Shown: one piece after another, positions 58,900 to 62,550 of the stretch
Layout of the letters: each line of letters starts with the position of its first letter
How positions within the stretch are numbered: position 1 is the stretch's first letter
Assembly: GCF_044704955.1 (NCBI RefSeq)
Contig: NC_092006.1
Coordinates: forward strand, 4,465,451 to 4,528,000
Direction of reading: 5' to 3'
DNA length: 62,550 nucleotides
From: Pristiophorus japonicus
Lineage: Eukaryota
Notes under the pieces: model-generated
Database searches by the model: none
What the model was told of the DNA's origin: nothing
Seen by the model: the letters and a program-made list of their open reading frames with translations, nothing else
Position numbers and translations under genes: made by a program

Positions 58900-61800
58900 G
58901 GGGAGGGGAGTCTGGGAGGGGGACGGGAGAAGGCGTGTCTGGGTGGAGGAGGGGGAGAGGGATGTCTGGGTGGGGGAGGGGATGTGGGTGGGGAGAGAGG
59001 GGGTGGGGGAGGAGGAGAGGGGGGTGAGGGAGGGGTCTGTGAGTGGGGGAGGGGGATCTGGGTGTGGGGGAAGGGGGAGGGAGTTTGGGTGCGGGAGACG
59101 GAGTGGGGGTATGGGTGCGGGGAAGGGCAGGGTCTGGGTGGGGGAGAGGAATGTCTGGGTGGGGAGGGGGCGAGGGGGGTCTGGGTGGGGGAGGGGGGTG
59201 TGGGTCTGGGTGGGGGAGGGGAAGAGGGGTGTCTGGGTGGGGGAGAGGGGGATCTGGGTGGGTGGGGGGGGGGGAGGGGGGTCTGGGTGGGGGAAGGGGA
59301 GTTGGGGTCTGGGTGGGTGAAGTGGAGAGGGGGGTCTGGGTTGGGGTCTGGGTGGGAGAGGGGGGTTCTGGGTGGGGGAGGGGGAGGTGGGGTCTGGGTG
59401 GGTGCGGAGGAGAGGGGGGTCTAGGTGGGAGTGGGGGAGGGGGGTGTGGGTCTGGGTGGGGGAGGGGGAAGAGGGGTGTCTGGGTGGGGAAGAGGGGGAT
59501 CTGGGTGGGTGGGGGGGGAGATGGTCTGGGTTGGGGAGGGGGGTCTGGGTGGGGGAGGGGGAGGTGGGGTCTGGGTGGGTGCGGAGGAGAGGGGGGTCTA
59601 GGTGGGCGTGGGGGAGGGGGTGTGGGTCTGGGTGGGGGAGGGGGAAGAGGAGTGTCTGAGTGGGGGAGGGGGGTCGGGTCGGTGGGAGAGGGGGGTCAGG
59701 GTGGGGGAGGGGGAGGTGGGGTCTGGGTGGGTGAGGAGGAGAGGGGGGTCTGGGTGAGGGTGGGGGTCTGGGTGGGGGAGGGGGAGGTGGGGTCTGGGTT
59801 GATGCGGAGAAGAGGGGGGTCTAGGTGGGGGAGGGGAGGGCGAGTGGGGTCTATGTGGGGGGAGGAGGGTCTGGGTGGGGGAGGGGGTCTGGGTGGGAGA
59901 GGGGGGTCTGGGTGGGGGAGGTGGGGTCTGGGTGGGGGTGGGGAGGGCGAATGGGGTCTATGTGGGGGGAGGGGGGTCTGGGTGGGGGAGGGGGTCTGGG
60001 TGGGAGAGGGGGGTCTGGGTGGGGGAGGGGGGTCTGGGTGGGGGAGGGGAGGGTGAGTGGGGTCTATGTGGGGGGGAGAGGGTCTGGGTGGGGGAGAGGG
60101 AGAGGAGGGTCTAGGTGGGAGAGGGGGGTCTGGGTGGGGGTGGGGGAGAGGAGGGTCTGAGTGGGGGAGAGGGGGGTCTAGGTGGGAGAGGAGGAGTGGG
60201 GGGTCTGGGTGGGGGAGAGGGAGAGGAGGGTCTGGGTGGGGGAGGAGGAGAGGGGGGTCTGGGTGGGGGTGGGGGAGAGGAGGGTCTGGGTGGGGGAGGG
60301 GGGTCTGGGTGGGGGAGAGGGAGAGGAGGGTCTGGGTGGGGGAGGAGGGTCTGGGTGGGAGAGGGGGGTCTGGGTGGAGGAGAGGGGGGTCTGGGTGGGG
60401 GTGGAGGAGAGGGGGGTCTGGGTGGGGTGGGGGAGAGGAGGGTCTGGGTGGGGGAGAGGGAGAGGAGGGTCTAAGTGGGAGAGGAGGAGAGGAGGGTCTG
60501 GGTGGGGGAGGAGGAGAGGGGGGTCTGGGTGAGGGAGAGGAGGGTCTAGTTGGGAGAGGGGGGTCTGGGTGGGGGAGGAGGAGAGGAGGGTCTGGGTGGG
60601 GGAGGAGGAGAGGAGGGTCTGGGTGGGAGAGGGGGGTCTGGGTGGGGGAGGAGGAGAGGGGGGTCTGGGTGGGGAGAGGAAGAGGAGGGTCTGGGTGGGG
60701 GAGGGAGGTCTGGGTGGAAGAGGGGGGTCTGGGTGGAGGAGAGGGGGGTCTGGGTGGGGGAGAGGAGGGTCTGGGTGAGAGAGGGGGGTCTGGGTGGAGG
60801 AGGAGGAGACTGGGGTCTGGGTGGAGGAGAGGAGGGTCTAGGTGGGAGAGGAGGAGAGGGGAGTCTGGGTGGGGGAGAGGGAGAGGAGGGTCTGGGTGGG
60901 GGAGAGGAGGGTCTAGGTGGGAGAGGGGGGTCTGGGTGGGGGAGGAGGAGAGGAGGGTCTGGGTGGGGGAGGAGGAGAGGGGGGTCTGGGTGGGGGAGAG
61001 GGAGAGGAGGGTCTGGGTGGGAGAGGAGGGTCTGGGTGGGAGAGGGGGGTCTGGGTGGGGGAGAGGGGGGTCTGGGTGGGGGAGAGGGGGGGTCTGGGTG
61101 GGGGAGAGGAGGGTCTGGGTGGGAGAGGTGGGTCTGGGTGGGGGTGGGGGAGGAGGAGACTGGGGTCTGGGTGGGGGAGAGGAGGGTCTAGGTGGGAGAG
61201 GAGGAGAGGGGGGTCTGGGTGGGGGAGAGGGAGAGGAGGGTCTGGGTGGAGGAGAGGGGGGTCTGGGTGGGGGAGAGGGAGAGGAGGGTCTGGGTGGGGG
61301 AGAGGAGGGTCTGGGTGGGGGAGGTGGCGAGGAGGAGACTGGGGGGTCTGGGTGGGGGAGGATGGTCTGGGTGGGGGTGGGGGAGGAGGAGACTGGGGTC
61401 TGGGTGGGGGAGAGGGAGAGGAGGGTCTGGGTGGGGGAGGGGGGTCTGGGTGGGAGAGGGGGGTCTGGGTGGGGGAGGAGGAGAGGGAGGTCTGGGTGGG
61501 GAAGAGGGAGAGGAGGGTCTGGGTGGGGGTGGGGGAGGAGGAGACTGGGGTCTGGGTGGGGGAGAGGAGGGTCTGGGTGAGGGAGGAGGAGAGGGGGGTC
61601 TGGGTGGGGGACGGGGGTCTGAGTGGGGGTGGGGGAGGAGGAGACTGGGGTCTGGGTGGGAGAGGGGGGTCTGGGTGGGGGAGGAGGAGAGGGGGGTCTA
61701 GGTGGGGGAGAGGGAGAGGAGGGTCTAGGTGGGAGAGGGGGGTCTGGGTGGGGGAGGAGGAGAGGGGGGTCTAGGTGGGAGAGGGGGGTCTGGGTGGGGG

Positions 61801-62370
61801 TGGGGGAGGAGGAGACTGGCGTCTGGGTGGGAGAAGGGGGTCTGGGTGGGGGAGAGGAGGGTCTGGGTGGGAGAGGGGGGTCTGGGTGGGGATGGGGGTG
61901 GGGGAGGAGAGGGGGGTCTAGGTGGGGGAGAGGGAGAGGAGGGTCTAGGTGGGAGAGGGGGGTCTGGGTGGGGGTGGGGGAGGAGGAGACTGGGGTCTGG
62001 GTGGGAGAGAGGAGGGTCTAGGTGGGAGAGGAGGAGACTGGGGTCTGGGTGGGAGAGGGGGGTCTGGGTGGGGGAGGAGGAGAGGAGGGTCTAGGTGGGG
62101 GAGAGGGAGAGGAGGGTCTAGGTGGGAGACTGGGGTCTGGGTGGGAGAGGGGGGTCTGGGTGGGGGAGGAGGAGAGGAGGGTCTAGGTGGGAGAGGGGGG
62201 TCTGGGTGGGGGAGGAGGAGAGGAGGGTCTAGGTGGGAGACTGGGGTCTGGGTGGGGGAGAGGAGGGTCTGGGTGGGGGAGGAGGAGAGAGGGTCTGGGT
62301 GGGAGAGGGGGGTCTGGGTGGGGGTGGGGGTGGGGGAGGAGGAGACTGGGGTCTGGGTGGGAGAGAGGCT
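58900..62370 (+). repeat. G-rich minisatellite (gggtctgggtgggggagagg variants), about 3.5 kb
   Basis: Directly visible; source of spurious Gly-rich ORFs. Confidence 0.95.
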
Positions 62371-62399
62371 TCAATTCTTCTGGAAATTTCTGCCCTGAG

Positions 62400-62550
62400 G
62401 GGGCACTGCCAGGTGCGGTGGGCGTGGTCTCAGCGCGCGGTGGGATGGGCGTGGTCTCAGTGGGGCGGAGTCTGTGCGGCAACGGTGCGGCTGTGGGCGG
62501 AGTCGGTGCGGGTGTGGGCAGTCAGTGGGCGGAGTCGGTGCGGGTGTGGG
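62400..62550. promoter_or_regulatory. Possible edge of a CpG-island promoter
   Basis: CpG-rich with repeated GGGCGGAG and GGGCGTGG Sp/KLF boxes; cut by the window end and could instead be the start of another tandem repeat. Confidence 0.35.

Noticed and set aside
58885-62398. Gly/Trp-rich ORFs
   Set aside because: G-rich tandem repeat open in multiple frames.

Overview
Eukaryotic, GC- and repeat-rich vertebrate genomic DNA; the transposon content (CR1/HER1-type LINEs, Deu-domain SINEs, LF-SINE-like pieces) suggests a cartilaginous fish, which is an inference. Three spliced genes lie on the + strand. (1) The 3' eight coding exons of the LAMMER kinase CLK2 (735-14735). (2) A complete 3-coding-exon, 156-aa, strongly diverged CAAX-type complexin of the CPLX3/4 class (25531-28552). 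(3) A complete 9-exon, 529-aa mitochondrial-clan P450 of the CYP11B/CYP11C steroid 11-beta-hydroxylase type (41654-56160). Its core promoter, exon 1 and intron-1 start are tandemly duplicated (second intact copy at 37979-38241), and the two exon copies differ by one cluster of substitutions (IHN vs FRT). The CLK2-complexin-CYP11B/C block mirrors the CLK3/CPLX3/CYP11A1 neighbourhood of human 15q24. Introns and spacers carry CR1, L2, RTE-like and Penelope fragments, solo LTRs, a MITE and many minisatellites, several grown from short segments inside TEs. 31842-35636 is mostly N. Nearly all long ORFs in the supplied track are repeat artefacts.
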